Source of the DNA: Takakia lepidozioides
Lineage: Eukaryota > Plantae > Bryophyta
Direction of reading: 5' to 3'
Length of the DNA: 64,000 nt
Assembly: GCA_030704615.1 (NCBI GenBank)
Contig: CM060733.1
Location: forward strand, 40,486,001-40,550,000
Shown here in pieces: positions 50,538-62,546 of this stretch. The notes under the pieces are model-generated. The model had not been told where the DNA came from. It saw nothing but the letters and a program-made list of their open reading frames with translations, and did no database searches. The stretch's first letter is position 1. Every line of letters starts with the position of its first letter. A program made the translations under genes and the position numbers.

Positions 50538-53500
50538 TCAACGCTTCTTCCGCTTTTGAGGTCGCCTTTCGAAAGCTGCAACCGCCTCGGATGCGTTTCC
50601 CATTTCTGAAGCACGCACCCAAGATGCCTCCACGTGATGATAGCCCTTCCATTTGACGAGATACTCCGTTTCTCGGTTCCTGAACCTCCTCGACTTAAGT
50701 ATTGCCTCCACCTCGTACTCAGGTTCATTTTCATGATCCAACAGCATAGGTGGTGGACGCAACACTTGATGCCGATTCGGACGCGCTTCATCTTTGAAGT
50801 AAGGCTTCAAAAGGGAGACATGGAATACTGGGTGCACCTTGCTGTTTGCCGGCAGCTCCAATTCATACACATCCTCATTCATAACCTTCCGAATGCGAAA
50901 GGGTCCCGCATACGGAGGTACGAACTTCGGACTCACTTCCGGAGGTAGTCGGAAATTCTTGATGTTCAACCAGACCTCTATGCCTGCCTCAAACTTCACT
51001 TCCTCCGCTTCCGATTCGCCTGCCTTTCATACCGTTTCCTAGCTTTGGCAATATTGTACTTTGCGAGCTTCAACAAACGCTCGCGTTCTTCCAGTACCGC
51101 CGCTACTGCGGTTCATCAACGTCCTGGGCGGCCCAACTTGTCGGCACCAGAGGTGCTTTTCCATAGACCAACACAAAAGGGGAAACTCCCGTTGCGGAGT
51201 GTTCTGTGTTATTATAACAGAACTCTGCCGCGTCTAAGTGTTCCATCCAGTCTGATTGGTCTGCCGACACGTAATTCCGCAAGAATTGCTTCACTACGGA
51301 ATTCACTCTTTCCGTTTGGCCGTCCGTCGTAGGTCGGAAGGCGGTGCTCATCTTCAGCCTCGTCCCCATCTTCTTCCAAAGTGCTCTCCAGAATTTACTC
51401 GTAAACTTTGGATCGCGGTCCGAGACAATATCCTTCGGGACTCCATGATGCTTTAAGACGTGGGCGAAGTAAAGTCGCCCTGTCTCCTGCGCCGTTGCCC
51501 TCTCCTTGGTGGGGATGAAATGGCCCATTTTACTGAACCTATCTACCACCACCATGATTGCATCGAATCCTTTTGACAGCGGCATAGCAGTCATGAAATC
51601 CATCGAGACGCTTTCCCAAGTCCCCTCTGGAATCGGCAAGGGTTGTAACAGCCCCGCTTGCTTTTTGTACTCGCTCCGGTTTTGTTGGCATGTGGTGCAT
51701 GTCTTGACATACTCCTCTGCCTCCTCCCTCAGTTTGGGCCAGAAATACTCTTTCTTCAAGAGTGCCGCAGTGCGCTTGGCTCCACCGTGGCCGCAAGCGG
51801 GCTATCATGGCATTCTCTCAAGAGACTATCCCTGATCCCTCCCTTCGGCACGTAGAGACGCTTTTGCTTATACCGGAGCAGTCCATTTTGCAAGTGGAAC
51901 TGCGATTTAACCCCCATCCTCAAGTCCTGCATCACGGACTTCGCCAGCTCATCCTTCCGGCAAGCCTTCCGGATCTTCCTTTGGAGTGCCGTCTCGCCCT
52001 TGTACACCAACAAGAGCTGCTGCTTTCTACTTAAAGCATCGGCCACCACATTGTCCCGTCCCGGTTTGTACTGGATATCCACGTCGAACACTGCCAAAGT
52101 ATCTTGTCACCTAAGTTGTTTTGGGGACAACTTTGGCTGCGTGGCAAAATACTTCACCGTGACATTGTCCGTGAACACCTTCACTGGGTTGGAACCAACA
52201 TAGTGGCGCCAGAGCTCAAGGCAATGTACCACCGCCTTCATCTCTTTTCGTGCGTCGGCCACCGTCGCTCCACTTCATTCAGTTTCTTACTTTCGTAAGC
52301 CACTGGACGTCCATCTTGCATAAGTACACCCCAATCGCGAAGTCCGATGCATCTGTATGAATCTCAAACGGACGATCGAACTCCGGGATTTTCAAGACTG
52401 GAGCTTCCGTCATCCGCTGCTTCAATTCAGCAAAAGCTTGGCCATAAAATGTGTTCCATATCCAGACTTTGGATTTACACAGAAGGTCCAACAGCGGCCC
52501 CGCGATCTTGGCGAAATTTCTCACATACTTCCGGTAATAGGAGGCGAGTCCTAGGAAGGATCGCACTCCCGGGACCGAAGTCGGAGGCTCCCAATCCAAG
52601 ATCGCCCTCACCTTTCTGTCATCCATTTTGATCCCATCCTGTGTAATCATGTGCCCCAAGAACTCCACTTTTGTGACCCCGAATTCGCACTTTGAAGCTT
52701 TGGCATACAGCTTCCCTTCTCGCAATTTTTGGAACACCCTTTTGAGGTGCTCCAGGTGCTCCTCCTTTGTTTTCGAGTACACCAAGATGTCGTCGATGTA
52801 CACGATCACAAAGTCATCCAACCACTCCTGGAAAAGGCTGTTCATCAGCGTGCTAAATGTCGCCGGTGCATTGGTGAGCCCAAAAGGCATCACCAAGAAC
52901 TCATATGAACCATACCTTGTCCTGCACGCGGTCTTCTCCTCATCTCCTTCCACCACCCAAAATCATCTCAATCTTGTGGTCAACTCCTCTTCGCGGTGGC
53001 AAGCCGCTTGGTAATTCCTCCGGCATCACATCCTGGTATTTCTCCAAAATCCCCTTGATCCAATCTGGGCTCGGCTCCCCATCGCCTTCTCCCTTCACTT
53101 CTCTAATGTAAAGCAAGAACTGGGATTCGTGTGCCTCCTCCATGGCCCACTCCCTTGCTGATAGAAGGTTTATTCGCCCTCCCACGGATTTGGGCGTTTC
53201 CGACACTCGTAAGACCTCGCCACCATTCCCACATGGCAGCGTGACTACTCTCTTGCGGCCATCTATGACTGCTCCGGATTTGCTCAAAAAGGTCATCCCT
53301 AAAATGAGATCTACTCCATCGATCTCGCAGATGGTGAAGTTCTCACGTCCCTCCCAACTCCCCAGTTGAAGAGGAACATCTATCGCCAACCTTGTCGCCA
53401 ACTGTGGTTCTCCTTTGGCAGAACGCACCTCAATAGAGGCCCCCACGTCACTTGTCGGGAATCCCAGCTTTTGTGCCGTTGCCGGTGTCATGAAGGAGTG

Positions 53501-54841
53501 CGACGCTCCTGTGTCCACCAACAACGACACATTAGTTCCAGATATTATCCCATCCACGAACAATAACTGACTCCCTTTTCGTAAGGCGCCAGATTCCTGA
53601 TACAACTCACAAGAAAATTTGCCTACCTTGCAAGTTCTGGCGACCACCGCTTCCACCAAGCTACTGATGGTATCTTCCGACAGCTCCGTGGTCGCCCGAG
53701 TCATGTTCAATTGTCGGGGCTTCGTGCACTTCTTGGCCATGTGCCCGGGCTCCCCACAATTGAAACACACTCCATCAAAGGTCGCCTTCTGTCCGCCATA
53801 AGCCGCTCCACCCGTTTTTCCTTTCGGAGCACCGAGTGCCGCCTTGACGTGTGAAGGCCCTCCCTTTGATTTCCACGTGTCATTATCGCCGCGTGGCCTA
53901 TCCCACTTCTTTTCCGGTCGGAAGGAGTCACCTTCCCGCCAAATCTTCTTGTGGTTCAGCTCCGTACGGCCTTGTCTTTCACCCCTAGGGACATCCGAGA
54001 AACATTCAGCCCTCTCAATTGCCTCGTTCAAAGTCTTGGGTGGCTTCTCCTCCAACTTCCGCCTGGCCCATGGGGCCAGTCCCGCCACAAAGTTGAAGAC
54101 CATTTCTGGTTCTGCCATGTCCGCGACTTCGAGCAACAGCACATTGAAAGCCTGGACGTACCCCCGAATGTCATCTGTTTGCTTCAAATTCCTCATCTTG
54201 TCCCGGGCAAGCCAAGACGCGTTGAGGGGCACAAACTGTCTCTTCAACAATTCCTTGAACCCACTCCAGTTCAAGGTTTCCGGACTTGGACCTCGGTCGT
54301 GAAGGCGTTTCTGCCACCATTGTTGAGCATAGCCCCTCAAATAGGTGGGAGCCACTTCCATGCGATCCTCGTCACTCAACTTGGCCGCCCGGAAGTACTG
54401 CTCCAGCTCCAAGAGCCAGGTGTTGAGTGCCTTCCGATTTCGGACGCCCTCGAAGGTGCCGGGTTCCTTAGGCTTCACCTTAAACTTTGTCTTAGTGGAA
54501 GTGGCATTAGCCGCCTTCAACACGTCTTTCAACGTCCCGCCAAACTGCACCAACAACCCTTCCCAAAAGGCTGCCGGCATGGGAGGCATCTCTTGGTTTG
54601 TCGGAGCTCTCAAGGATTCCTCGGGCTCCGACTCCTCGGATTCCTCCCGCTCTTGGGCGGCCTCGTTTTCGGAAACATGCATCGCTTCCTCAAACGGCCG
54701 CCTCGGTGACACGCCGCCCCCATCGGGCTCACCGGGATCATCATCTTTTGGGCCGTTCCGCTTTCGCTTCGGCTTGCCCGACCCCATGATGAGGCCAATC
54801 CCAAGGACGATTGCGTACTGAACTCTAAGCTCTGATACCAA
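50538..54841 (-). pseudogene. Chromovirus gag-pol with C-terminal chromodomain
   Basis: CFNCGEPGHMAKKC, LVDTGAS, YIDDILV, SMDF/SDRD/DGQTE, GPF, chromodomain YEVEAIL...YLVKWKGY...SW. RT N-terminus deleted at ~52955; frameshifts. Confidence 0.95.
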
Positions 54842-54842
54842 A

Positions 54843-55567
54843 TGTCGCGCACCTCACTTCGGTAAACTCCCCTTCAAGTCATAGATACTCGCTTTGATGC
54901 GCGCGCCTGACTCCCAACCTGGCCGCCGGGCCAACTTGGAGCTTCGGCTGCTCACCGGGACATAACGGTCCCCTCTCGCTTCCCTCTAAAACCCTCCACC
55001 TAATTGGGACTAGGAGAATTCCCTTTGGTAGATGGCAGTCCGGAACAGCTCCCCACTCTTGGTCGCTTTCCGGCTCGCTCGCTTACTCACTAGTTTTTGG
55101 TCACCAACGGGCTTGCACCGTTCTCGGGGTTACTACTCCCTATATATACTTCTGTAGCTGTCCGCGGGGGTTTCACAACCAGCCATGCCATTTTATGGCG
55201 AACCACCACGAAGACCCTCGATTCCCGGTGGTGAGTCGCGGTGAGTCTTGGCCCGCTCACCACGGCCCCTATGGACCGTGATGAGTCCCAAGACTCCCCA
55301 CGACTCCCACCACGAGGTCTCCGCCCCCTTGGTGAGTCCTATGCCACCCCCACTAAGTCCCACTAAGCTACCACCACCCCTTGTGGAGCCACCCCCACCG
55401 CAACCCGGTGTGCGGGGCTCCACCTAGTGAGCGCCTCCGCCTCCTTGAGTGCCTTGGGCACTCAAGGGTGCTTCAGCCCCCGTACCTATCGCTGCTACTG
55501 CCCCCACCACAGGGGCAGCCCCTCTTGTGTCCCGACCTCCCTGCCCTCAAGGCAAAGGGCCGCGACA
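54843..55567 (-). repeat. Chromovirus 5' LTR
   Basis: Followed on the minus strand by a tRNA-iMet PBS. Confidence 0.95.
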
Positions 55568-58018
55568 GTGTCCATGTTTGCCACTTGTTTTTTCCCTATG
55601 AGACATTCACTTCATTGTTTCAATGCTCCACCAATATAATATACTACAAAATGAATTACACGTCTTACTCCATGATTATGTCACTCATCAATCTTGCATC
55701 CAAATTATGTCAGAGATCAGAAGTTTAATGTAAAGTCCAAGGCAATAATAAACATGAAATGAGAACGCTCACCTGGCACAATGGCAGCCAACATGATATG
55801 GCCTTTTTTAATTGAAATATACGGAGGGATGTTGTAATTCACCATGGTCACCGGCCAAGTGGAATGACTACATGACTGGACAGAGAATGGGTTGACCCCA
55901 TCCGAGGAGAAGCCGAGGTGGATATGTCGTGGGTCCTCAAAGAGAAAAGGCCACATCTCTTCAATATGCCTCCATACTTGTGAATCTTGTGGCCCGCACA
56001 CTTTTCCCGGGGGGCTCCAATGCGAGGCGTGCTATCTCATGAGTCTGGCCAATTCAGGGCTTCGGTGTTGTGCCCTCAATCGCGGGATGATCGGAAATTA
56101 ATGCATTTTCTAAGATGAAATACCCCACATCCCCCACATGTAATCATCCCATTAGCACAGACAATACAACACCCGTATGTCTTTCCCTTTATATAGCCTC
56201 TCCCTCATTTGGGCGTGAATGGTCAAAACCGAACGTCGCTCCTTCCACTCCTCACTCACTCCTTCCAAAACCACAATCAGATCTTGCATGGATACTACTC
56301 TCTAAACCCTAAACTTTGTGGAATACACTTTACATGCATTGAGAAGATTAAAGAAAGTAATTTTCATGCGAGGGGGAATGGCGTTTATACCTTGCGTGGT
56401 ACTTTTTTCCATTGGACATCATCCCGATATCGGTCTTTCTTGCACTTTGGGTACTTGGTGAGACGCGAATCCTCTCCGTAGTATAGGGTTTTATCACATG
56501 GACATGCATGAAAAATCTTATACTCCATCCCCACAGAATCCAAGACTTTATGCACCTCTTTCCGCGACCGTGACATCTTGGGTTTCAAGTGTGGAGCAAG
56601 GATAGAGTCTGCAATAGTTCGCATTATGGCAAACATCCCAGCATTACTTATGCCAAATCGAATTTGAAGATTGAGCAAAAGTAAGATTGTTGAAAGTCAA
56701 CTCACTTTCGCCCCTTAGTACAAGGGAGTTCTCGCCTCCCTCTCCGTGTCATCTGAGGGGCCATTTCAGGATCATCGATTGGTTGGGTTCCCTCTCCATG
56801 GGATGCATCAGCGCCCACATGAAGCATTAAGAGATCCTCCATGGCTTGCACATCCTCCTGGTTAATTCTATGCTCATTGTTGTCGTCACTGTCACTGTCA
56901 TCGTCATCATCGTCTGGTACTATGGGGGCGGTGTCTCGCCCACAGCTCCGGCCTAATGTACTTGGATTGTTTTCGGATGGGGTGCCAAGAAAATGGACCG
57001 AGAAGGGATGGACAAAGTCTTGATACGAATAAATGAACATAGGGACATATATTATAATGTGTCCTTGCAACCATACAACTTATTATAAGCGAAATGCAAA
57101 CAACAACCTTCAATGTGTGCATGCATCAAATATGTCATTCAATAATTACATGTATTGCGCAACGTCACGCATGTAAAGTTTCAAACCCAAACAAAATCAT
57201 GCCCCCCCAAGGACGCGTTCATCCTATCAACCAATTTTTGTTTATTAATGTGAAAGAAAATCCTCTCATGCCATTGCACCCATCAAACGGATGTGGCTCA
57301 AGCTTCACTTTTTCCTACATGTGCTTAAATATGTGTGCAACACCTGTACAAAGATCCAGCAGAAAAAAAAAAAAAAAAAAACAAAACAAAACAAAACATT
57401 GCCTCCCAACCAACGCCCTTGCACCAATTTTGAATTAAATCGAATTTAAATGAATTTAGAATAAATATTTACATTTAGAAAATATATGATTGCGGTTTTG
57501 AGGGGCAGTAATGATTTTGTTTTTAGCTCTATTTTGTTCTGTGACATTGGGCTTTGCACCACTACATCTATGCAAAACATTGGACAAAAACAAAATGGAA
57601 AAAAAAATGGGTGTGTTTCTAGGATCACTTTTGTAAAACTCTCTATGAAGAGTGCATGAAGTTGAAGATAACTTAACCTTGGAGTGCAAATGAGAGAACA
57701 AAATATGGTTCTGGGTCCAAATGACTTTGTTTTACCCAAATTTTGCACGCACTTTGCATATGCTATCATTAAGCATATGACTTGAAAATAGAATTTAAAA
57801 AAAAATCATGTGCAGGCGAAACATAATTTTCCGTCTCTACGTCATGTAGCTGCGTTCAACACTAGAATGACCCATTGAATCAACTTGGTTCAAGCGTATA
57901 TTTGGTCCACATGTGCATAACTATGTTTAGATCACATACGCAAAGTTGCAACCCACACGAGCAACAAGAAAAATATTTACATCAATCGATTAATCGGATG
58001 TATACATCATGAGAATAT

Positions 58019-59767
58019 CTACAATGCCCCTCTACGCGATCCCTGTCTCAAAGGAACCCTATTTCTATCATACACATCCCACTCACGTTGTAATCGGAGG
58101 TCCCAATCATTCCGGGAGAACTCGTATGATGCAAATAGCTCGCTGCCAGCCCTAATAGTCTTACTAGCACATGTCATCACAAACATGTGCATCCCCTCAC
58201 AGTATACCGACGTATGACCACAAAAGCTCTCATGCCCATCGCTTCGCTCGTCCCATACTACATTGGTTCTCCTAGGATGACCAAAAGAACTGTTGACCAG
58301 CCCAGCAATATTGCCGAACATCACAAAATCTGATCTTAATGAGAGACAACCCCCGTCTACGTACATCCTGTCCGTTGACACACAAAATGTAGGGTAGAAT
58401 GTATGGGGCTTCGAGGCGTAATGTACGGAACCCTGCGGAGGTGTAGTATGGACCGTAGTAGGGAAACAAGTCCACCATGCTGTTTCTCCGAGGAGGAACC
58501 ACAATATCATTGACCGTGAATAAACCCCGACCCATAGCAGGGTCTGTAGCGGCTCTCACAACATACTGTCTCCCCCAATACTCGAACTCCACATTCTCTC
58601 GGATGGAGGTGGGAGGGTCGAGATGATTCCCCCAACAACGAGGCTGGATGGTCCTCAGTAACATAGTCCTATGCGCTTCCCATCGGGGGCGAGGATCCGG
58701 CTCAGGCCGCCCAAGCCAAAGGGGAAGAAACCTAGGGCGAAGCCGACCCTTCCTAGGGATTCGGGGGGCACATGCACGTGGAGGTGGAGGTGGAGGTGAT
58801 ACTGCTGGCGGAGGAGATGAAAGTGGAGGTGGTTGAGGATGTAATGTCGGAGGAGTAGCCGAGGGTACGACGTCCGGATCAGGTACTACCAGAGGTGGAT
58901 CAGGCAAAGAAACGGACCGTGGGGGGGGGGGGGGGGCACAATCGACCTACAAGCTGCTACTGCATGTACGGTGCGGAGAATCATCAGATGAGGACACTGC
59001 ATCAGGGGGACCGCCTGAGGAAACTAGAGGGGGGGGCGGGCCTGCTCGTCGCCGGCCATAACGCCTACGATACCTATGATACCCCTCGACCCTACGCATC
59101 TCATCCACGTGCTGCTGGGGAACCAACTAGTCACATCGGGCACATGCTCTGGCACAAATTCTGCGAGTAGACTGGCGCGAAATGCCTCATGTGCAATGTG
59201 ATTGCGAGCTTGGGTATCAAGTCGTGGTTGCAATATGCGTAGTGAACGACGCATCAATACTTATATCGTAATTTGGATTCATGTATGCTTACCAATCATA
59301 CTATATTATTAGATAAACCTAAATGTACCTTAAATGAATGTTAATGAGAGGGGTGGGAAAAAACACTCACCTTGCCGCATCCGCAATCATGTTCTTCTTG
59401 TAATATTTTTCGACAACATGCGGTCGCCGCCTCGGTGGTCGGTGCCGCCCGGCGGTACTCGTTCCAAACACTTAGTCCACCAACACTCAATCCTGTCGGG
59501 GGGGGGGGTCAAGGTGGATGTGGGTGGACGGGGTGGCCCGCGAGGGGGCAAACCGCGGCGCGCCCGACTCGATCCCGGAGTGTCAACATCCTCCGCATCA
59601 CCTGAAATTTGGCCCCAGTCCCTTCTACGATTGTGCTCGGCAGCCTGTATTGGATCAGGTGCAATGGGTGGCTCCTCGCCACGAAAAACGGTCGCTCTAG
59701 GGCCACAATCAATATGTGGTACTACCTCCTTATCCTCGAGGGAGACGGGTCGATGTTTCCTCACCAT
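58019..59767 (-). pseudogene. CACTA-borne SET-domain protein (Pro-rich N-region, C-terminal SET), one frameshift in the SET domain
   Basis: Joining ORFs 58272-58907 and 58019-58510 at ~58380 gives MGRGLFTVNDI...LFPYYG...YIL...YVDG...GNIAGLVNSS...N...FVMTCASKTIRAGSELFASY. Upstream exon likely (GTGAGT donor at 59370). Confidence 0.85.
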
Positions 59768-60080
59768 CGCATCCTAACTAACACACACCACCAGCACTTT
59801 CATTCTCAAAATCGTTGGCGAAAAAACCCTATGCCTCAGCCTCGGGTCTTCAAAATTGGTAACCAAAGGCGGAGCATCCCTATGGTGCTAGAGAGCCCAA
59901 GTCAATAAATCCTTCCTCACGTTCTATCTTCAGGATGCCCACACCATGGAAAAATTTATTGAGACCCAGCGCTTTGCGCTTATCAGATTGAACCACATTT
60001 TGGGTATGTGAATCCTAATTACACCATTCATCCTTTCAACCCCAAGACCCACAACCAGAACCGCCAATCCAAAACCCAGC

Positions 60081-60447
60081 ACCATAAAGAAAAACAAACA
60101 CCCTAACCCAATACCATATGAAAAAAAAAAAAAAAAAACTAAGAACTAAGAACCCCAAAAGGCCCTAAACCCTAAACCCAAAAAGGCCGGCCGTCGCCTC
60201 CTGCGACACCCTCGCATCGCATTTGGCGACGCGTTTTTTCAATTTTTTGCGCCAGGGGTCGCACCCCGCGACGGAAAGCCGTTGCGGCAGGCGACATGGT
60301 TTTTTTTATTTATGGGGCTGGGGGTCGCAAGCAGCGACGGCCCACCGTTGCGAATACCATTTGTACATTTCAAAAAAAAGGCGGGGCGCATGTGTGCGAC
60401 GGTCGGGCGTCGCACGTAGGCGCCGCGCCTTTTTTTTTCCCTAAGTG
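60081..60447. repeat. CACTA-2 right terminal region: poly(A), CCCTAAA repeats, GCGAC array
   Basis: Inverted counterpart of 45450-46103. Confidence 0.85.
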
Positions 60448-61021
60448 CTTGAAGCGCCTCCTTCCCCTCCGTTTTGTTTGTTCTTTGGGAGAGAGGGAGT
60501 TTTAGAGAGTGGGGTTTAGGGTGGAGGAAAAACGCACCTGTTGCTGAGCCGAGGTGGTCGCAAGGCCCAAAGAGTTAGCCCCAACGCCGCTTCAAAGCCC
60601 AAGGTAAGCACCGCCTCCTCCCTCACTTTCTCTCTTGCTTTCTTGCCCTAAGCACGGGCTGATCTCTCTCTCTCCCCTGTGTGGTAGAAACGCCGCAGAG
60701 GTGGGATGTAAACGAGCTGAAGAGAGAGAGAGCCGTGGTGAGCAGGGGAGAGACGCCCTGTAGCGGCGGGGACCCGCGCCGTTGGCAGCCGCGACAGCGC
60801 CGCAAAAGCTCGCTTGAAGCAGCAGCAGCAGCAGTAGAGGTAGGTCAGGGTGGGGAGATGGTCTATGGTCTGTCTTGTCATGTGGGATCAAGGGAAAGAT
60901 ATCGAGAGTTGTCCATAACTTGTATGTCACATCAAAAGTGTGAGAGAGAGAGAGAGAGAGAGAGAGGAAGAGATGACGAAACAAAACATAACAAAAAAAA
61001 GATTGGGGGGGAGTTACTGAG

Positions 61022-61633
61022 CAGAAGGGGCTGGGCTTTTGGCTCAGCCTCGAGACTTTCAAAGTTGGTAAATAGAGGTACATGTACAATTCCCTTGATA
61101 GATTTGAAGAGAGCGTCTCTTTGGTGAAAGAACCCCAGACATCATAAAATGAATATTGTCTTCAGGTTGCCCACACAACGGGCAATTGCACTCTTCCTTT
61201 CCTCTCTGCTTCTGTTTACTGTTCAAAGGTAGGCTTCATGCCTTGAGTTTAAATTTCAGTCTGGTGCCAAGAGTGGAATAGACCCTTGAGCGCATCCATG
61301 ATGTCCTCCCCCATGTCACAGACTGGAAACAGGTTCAGGGAAGTTTTCTTCCTAACTTCATTTCCATCGGACAATTTTCTGGTAACAGACATGGCTTTGG
61401 ACACTACACTCTCTAAGTCAGATTTATCCAGCAAGGTCAAGACTTGCGGGTCCAGATTCAGATCCTTGAGAATCTCTTCTACTCTCTTCTGCCAGGGCTT
61501 AGCCTGTTTGACAGGGCGGTCCTGTTTCCAAGATATATAGTCGATTAACTTAGGATATCTGGTGTTGGACATATGTTGCAGCTGAACCCACCATCTGACC
61601 TTGAATTTATCTCGTTGGGAGCTTAAAAGAGAG
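61022..61633 (-). mobile_element. RTE/RTE-X-like LINE C-terminal fragment, copy 1
   Basis: MSNTRYPKLI...W..RVEEILKDLNL; direct duplicate of 61930-62546. Confidence 0.7.
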
Positions 61634-61789
61634 CAGCACAGAAGAGAGGGAGAGAGGGACAGAGAGGGACAAAGAGAGGGAGCGAGAGGGAGACATCAGG
61701 GGGCAACAAAGAAAAGCTGCTACTCAGTCACTTCCCCCCCCCACCTTTTTTTTTTCCTTTGTTGCCCCCTCTCTTGGGGAAACAAAAGG

Positions 61790-62546
61790 GACAGATCCTA
61801 CCTCTGTCAGGGGCTGACGTTGGTACTAAGACTTACCTTCAATTAATCCGGGTTTTCCAGATATCCTCTAGAAATCCCTTCACACAAGCATCAATCTGCT
61901 GTATGTGATTTGACCAAAAATTAGGCCTCAGAAGGGGCTAGGCTTTTGGCTCAGCCTCGAGACTTTCAAAGTTAGTAAACAGAGGTACATGCACAATTCC
62001 CTTGATAGATTTGAAGAGAGCGTCTCTTTGGTGAGAGAACCCCGGACAATGTATCAGAAAATGAATAATGTCTTCAGGTTGCCCACACAACGAGCAATTG
62101 CACTCTCCATTTCCTCTCTGCTTCTGTTTGCTTATCAAAGGTAGGCTTCGTGCCTTGAGTTTAAATTTCAGTCTAGTGCCGAGAGTGGGTAGACCCTTGA
62201 GGTCATCCAAGATATCCTCCCCCATGTCATAGACTGGAAACAAGTTCAGGGAAGTTTTTTGCCTAACTTCATTTTCATCAGACAATCTCATGGCAACAGA
62301 CATGGTTGGACACTACAGCCTCTAAGTCAGATTTATCTTGCAAGGTGAAGACTTGCGGTCCCAGGTCCAGGTCCTTGAGAATCTCTTCTATTGTCTTCTG
62401 CTAGGACTTAGCCTGTTTGATAGGGCGGTGGGCGGTCCTGTTTCCAAGATATAGAATCGATTAACTTATGATATCTGGTGTTGGACATATGTTGCAGCTG
62501 ACACCATCTGACCTTAAACTCATCTTGTTGGGAGCTTAAAAGAGAG
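61790..62546 (-). mobile_element. RTE/RTE-X-like LINE 3' fragment, copy 2
   Basis: TRLKFKLKARSLPL...CSLCGQPEDIIHFLIHCP...R..LF...FLEDIWKTR, a C-terminal CCHC region of a non-LTR ORF. Confidence 0.7.

Larger units (their letters stand above)
48844..55567 (-). mobile_element. Young chromoviral Ty3/Gypsy, TSD GTGTC
   Basis: LTRs 48907-49631 and 54843-55567 (7 substitutions, 2 indels); PBS TGGTATCAGAGC at 54829-54840; TSD at 48839-48843 and 55568-55572. Confidence 0.97.
46507..57070 (-). pseudogene. CACTA TnpD transposase (multi-exon; Transposase_21, DUF4218, DUF4216), split by Gypsy
   Basis: IFHACPCD, LGFSSDGVNPF, STWP, NMDT|YLRPLVDELKDLW across the Gypsy insertion, DPMHIEKNV, MKSHDYHN, YIGKLESILEL, EQVFF. 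Confidence 0.93.
45450..60447 (-). mobile_element. CACTA/En-Spm element 2 (transposase plus SET-domain gene) with nested chromovirus
   Basis: Degenerate termini CATTACAGCAAA and TTTCCCTAAGTG; GCGAC subterminal arrays at both ends; identical 23-mer at 45912-45934 and 60319-60341; inverted repeat 46043-46103 vs 60081-60120. Exact right end uncertain (flanks cat/ctt). Confidence 0.85.

Noticed and set aside
53142-54821. Long plus-strand ORFs opposite chromovirus gag, and similar short shadow ORFs throughout
   Set aside because: Antisense shadows of GC-rich TE coding sequence with no motifs.
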